From Meiothermus sp. (lineage in GTDB: Bacteria > Deinococcota > Deinococci > Deinococcales > Thermaceae): 64,000 nucleotides of DNA. The notes under the pieces are model-generated. The model did not search any database, was not told the DNA's origin, and saw nothing but the letters and a program-made list of their open reading frames with translations. The DNA lies in the NCBI GenBank assembly GCA_033762915.1, contig JANRLD010000005.1, positions 1 through 64,000 of the forward strand, in the 5' to 3' direction. The first letter of the stretch is position 1, and every line of letters begins with the position of its first letter. Shown piece after piece: positions 61,421 to 64,000 of this stretch. The position numbers and the translations under genes are program-made.

Positions 61421-62563
61421 CTATTGGCCCCGGAGGGTATTGATGGTGGTCTGGAGCACCTCGCGGGTCACGCTGGGGCTGTGGACACCCATGCTCTTGT
61501 CGAACTTGATCATCAGGTAGTTCCAACTGGCCCGCACAATGGGGTCGTTCAGGGTGAAGACCTGACGTCCGGCGGGGGCTGTACCCTGGCGGATCTCGCC
61601 CAGGCGGACACTCAGGTTTTTGCTGCCCACCATCCGGAAAGTGAACACGATCTGCCCGCCGGCGGTGCTGATGTCGGCCAGTCCTTCTATGTTCTTCGAG
61701 TCCACCGCTACGTTGTCGGTGTATTTTCCGGTCTCGGCGTCGTAGCTCTGAACCACCCGGATTTGGTCGCGCACCTCGAGCACCTTGGAGAAGATCACCG
61801 CGCGCAGCCGATTTAGGAGCAGGCGGGTGGGCTGCTGGACAAACTCCTTCTCCATCTTGGGGCCGTGGCAGTTGGTGCAGAGGTTCTCGGGCGGCTGGAA
61901 GGTGTGGGATTGCTCATTCAGACCCACGTGGCAGGTGGCGCAGGCGTCGCCGGTGAAGAAGGCGTGGGGTGAGCGGGGGAAGTCGGAGGTGTCGTTGACG
62001 AAGAAGAAGTTCTTGCCAACCATCACGTCGGTCTGGGCGGCCTCGTGCGGGCCGCCGTAGCTGGGGGCCGCCGAGGCGTTCCAGACCCTGCGCCCGTTGC
62101 GGGTGTTGTGGCAGGTCATGCACAACGCACCGGCCCCAACGCCCGAGACCGAGAAGCCGGAGGGGAGTTGGAAGGTGTCGTTGACCACCCGCAGCGCGCC
62201 CTTCTCGTTGTGGCAGGTGGTGCAGGTGACCGGCTGGGCCTTGTCCTTGGTCAGGCCCAGGCTGGTCAGGTAGGCCACGCTGGCGTCCTTGCCGTCGGGG
62301 CCCTTGATGTTGCCGGGGTCGCCGCGCAGCAGCTGAGGCAGCCAGGCCCTAAAGCCCTGGTCGCTGTGGCAGCGCCCGCAGTGGGCGGCGGTGGCCCCCC
62401 GCGACTCCACGGTGGCGTTGATCAGGCTGGTGTTTACGTTGTTGTGCTTACTCTGCTCCCACTGGGCGCGCTTCTCAGCGTTCTGATCCTGCGACCAGAC
62501 CACTACGCCCCCCAGCGCCAGAGCCAACACCACCACGAACAGCTTCCCTCGAGGGACATGCAT
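61421..62563 (-). CDS. Exported pentaheme c-type cytochrome
   Basis: N-terminal signal or anchor; five CxxCH motifs (CGRCH, CTTCH, CMTCH, CATCH, CTNCH); helical C-terminus with DKSMGVH. Confidence 0.88.
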   Translation of the reverse strand: MHVPRGKLFVVVLALALGGVVVWSQDQNAEKRAQWEQSKHNNVNTSLINATVESRGATAAHCGRCHSDQGFRAWLPQLLRGDPGNIKGPDGKDASVAYLTSLGLTKDKAQPVTCTTCHNEKGALRVVNDTFQLPSGFSVSGVGAGALCMTCHNTRNGRRVWNASAAPSYGGPHEAAQTDVMVGKNFFFVNDTSDFPRSPHAFFTGDACATCHVGLNEQSHTFQPPENLCTNCHGPKMEKEFVQQPTRLLLNRLRAVIFSKVLEVRDQIRVVQSYDAETGKYTDNVAVDSKNIEGLADISTAGGQIVFTFRMVGSKNLSVRLGEIRQGTAPAGRQVFTLNDPIVRASWNYLMIKFDKSMGVHSPSVTREVLQTTINTLRGQ

Positions 62564-62818
62564 AGTCTCACCCCCACTTTCGGTGACATGAGAATATCCG
62601 TAGGGAATCGTTAAGTGTGAGAGGCAGATGTCCTGATCGAGGTTTCTACGCTATCGATGTCGGAGATTTGGTTGGATGCTGGAGGGGTTCTCATTTTCTT
62701 GTAGCCTCGAGCTAAGGCTGCGATTACCGGGGATGGCTGGCCCAAAGCCGCCTCGAGCCGGGCTGAATTGGGTGCTCTGACCGGAGTCTGGCGGGGTTGT
62801 GTGAAAAACTGTAGCTCG

Positions 62819-63997
62819 ATGAATCCGCTGGTGGCCCGTGTCCTAATCGCTTCGTTCTTCTGGGGAATCGGTGGCAACCTGAGCTGGTTCTTCCTCAACT
62901 TCCACCTCGAGGCCATCGGCTTCAGCAAGACCCAAATCGGCTACGCCAACGCGGTTCCGGCGGTGGCGGGGGTCTTGCTGGCGCTTCCGCTGGCCCTTTT
63001 GATCCCGCGGCTGGGCTACGTGCGCTCGATACTGCTGGGGGCCGGACTCTCGGTGCTGGGGATGATGGGTGTGGCCTCGGGGCTGGCGGTCTATCCGGGA
63101 CTGGTTTTGAACGGAGCGGGTACGGGGCTGGTGATGGGTTCGGTGGCCCCGCTGCTGGCTTTGATGGTGTCCGAGCGGCAGCGGGTGGACGTTTTTACCT
63201 GGCAGCAGTCGGTGGTGGCGGGGGCGGGCTTTCTGGGGGCTTTGCTGGGCGGCTACCTGCCGGAACTGGTGGGGACGGGGAACGTGATGTACCTGGTGGC
63301 GCTGGCGGCATGCCTGTCGAGCCTGACCATCTGGGGTATGCCCGAGGCCAGGGGCAGCGCTGAGCGCTTCTCGTTTCGCAACCGGCGTAACTGGCTACTG
63401 CTCCTGCTGCCGCAGGCGCTGGTGGGGCTGGGGGCGGGCCTGGTGGTGCCCTTCCTCAACCTCTACATGCAGGCCAAGTTCAGCCTCGAGTACAACCAGA
63501 TCGGCTGGATCTTCGCCGCCACCTCGATCACCGGGATCGTCATCCTGGCTGTCCAGCCGCTGCTGGCCCGCAGGCTGGGCAAGGTCGGGGCCATCATGGT
63601 GGTGCAGGCCGCCTCACTGCCCTTTCTGATGATCCTGGCCTGGGCGCCCTGGCTGTGGCTGGTGACGGTCGCGCTGTTTGTGCGCGGGGCGCTGATGAAC
63701 TCCACCGGGCCGGTTCACACCGCGCTGATGATGGATTACCTCGAGGAGGACGAGCGCTCCGGCTTTCTGCTGATTCAGGGGGCCACCTGGCAGGTTGGCT
63801 GGGCGGTCTCGTCGTCGCTATCGGGTTACGTGCAGGAGACCCAGGGGCTAGCGGGCTTCAACCTACTGTTCGGGGTGATGCTGGTGCTTTATGTGGCCGC
63901 GATCCTTTACTACCCGCTGTTCTTCCGCCCCAGGGCGGTGAAGCAGTCCAACCGCGACGCCGCGCCCCTCCCTCGAGTCGCCCAGAGCGGCGACTGA
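62819..63997 (+). CDS. MFS transporter
   Basis: About 12 hydrophobic segments; PRLGYVR and ARRLGKV loop motifs. Confidence 0.88.
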   Translation: MNPLVARVLIASFFWGIGGNLSWFFLNFHLEAIGFSKTQIGYANAVPAVAGVLLALPLALLIPRLGYVRSILLGAGLSVLGMMGVASGLAVYPGLVLNGAGTGLVMGSVAPLLALMVSERQRVDVFTWQQSVVAGAGFLGALLGGYLPELVGTGNVMYLVALAACLSSLTIWGMPEARGSAERFSFRNRRNWLLLLLPQALVGLGAGLVVPFLNLYMQAKFSLEYNQIGWIFAATSITGIVILAVQPLLARRLGKVGAIMVVQAASLPFLMILAWAPWLWLVTVALFVRGALMNSTGPVHTALMMDYLEEDERSGFLLIQGATWQVGWAVSSSLSGYVQETQGLAGFNLLFGVMLVLYVAAILYYPLFFRPRAVKQSNRDAAPLPRVAQSGD

Positions 63998-64000
63998 CAG

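Noticed and set aside
61421..62563. NrfA nitrite reductase
   Set aside because: No CxxCK active-site motif, shorter than typical NrfA, and no nrfH or nrfBCD neighbours.

Overview
GC-rich (roughly 65-70%) bacterial chromosome segment. Many leaderless-type promoters, strong CTCGAG enrichment and the gene content suggest Deinococcota, probably Meiothermus/Calidithermus-like Thermaceae (inference). Most of the window is housekeeping or metabolic: terC-like, ypdA, a GAF-GGDEF cyclase, marC-argR, dnaB, trx-ccdA, recJ, a 3723-aa TamB with four exact-period 303-aa repeats, paaABCD, a peptide ABC importer, ndh, pyrRBC with a PyrR attenuator, pyrE, a LacI-controlled sugar ABC/glucosidase operon, hisG, nth and an MFS transporter. 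The best candidate for an undescribed system is at 41.5-46.9 kb. It has two tandem large TPR + winged-helix/BTAD-like regulators, phased GCAACC direct repeats between them, and an unannotated convergent 35-aa gene (signal peptide plus the 11-mer GGGGTGVGGGG, strong RBS) whose stop codon overlaps that of the second regulator. This is a putative RRNPP-analogous peptide signalling pair, and most of the second regulator is anomalously low in GC. Also notable: a pentaheme cytochrome / twin His-containing membrane protein / DOMON operon, a dispersed MITE family with one nested copy, a second degenerate intergenic repeat family, and an amine oxidase broken by a single in-frame TGA. No CRISPR array, tRNA or rRNA was seen.
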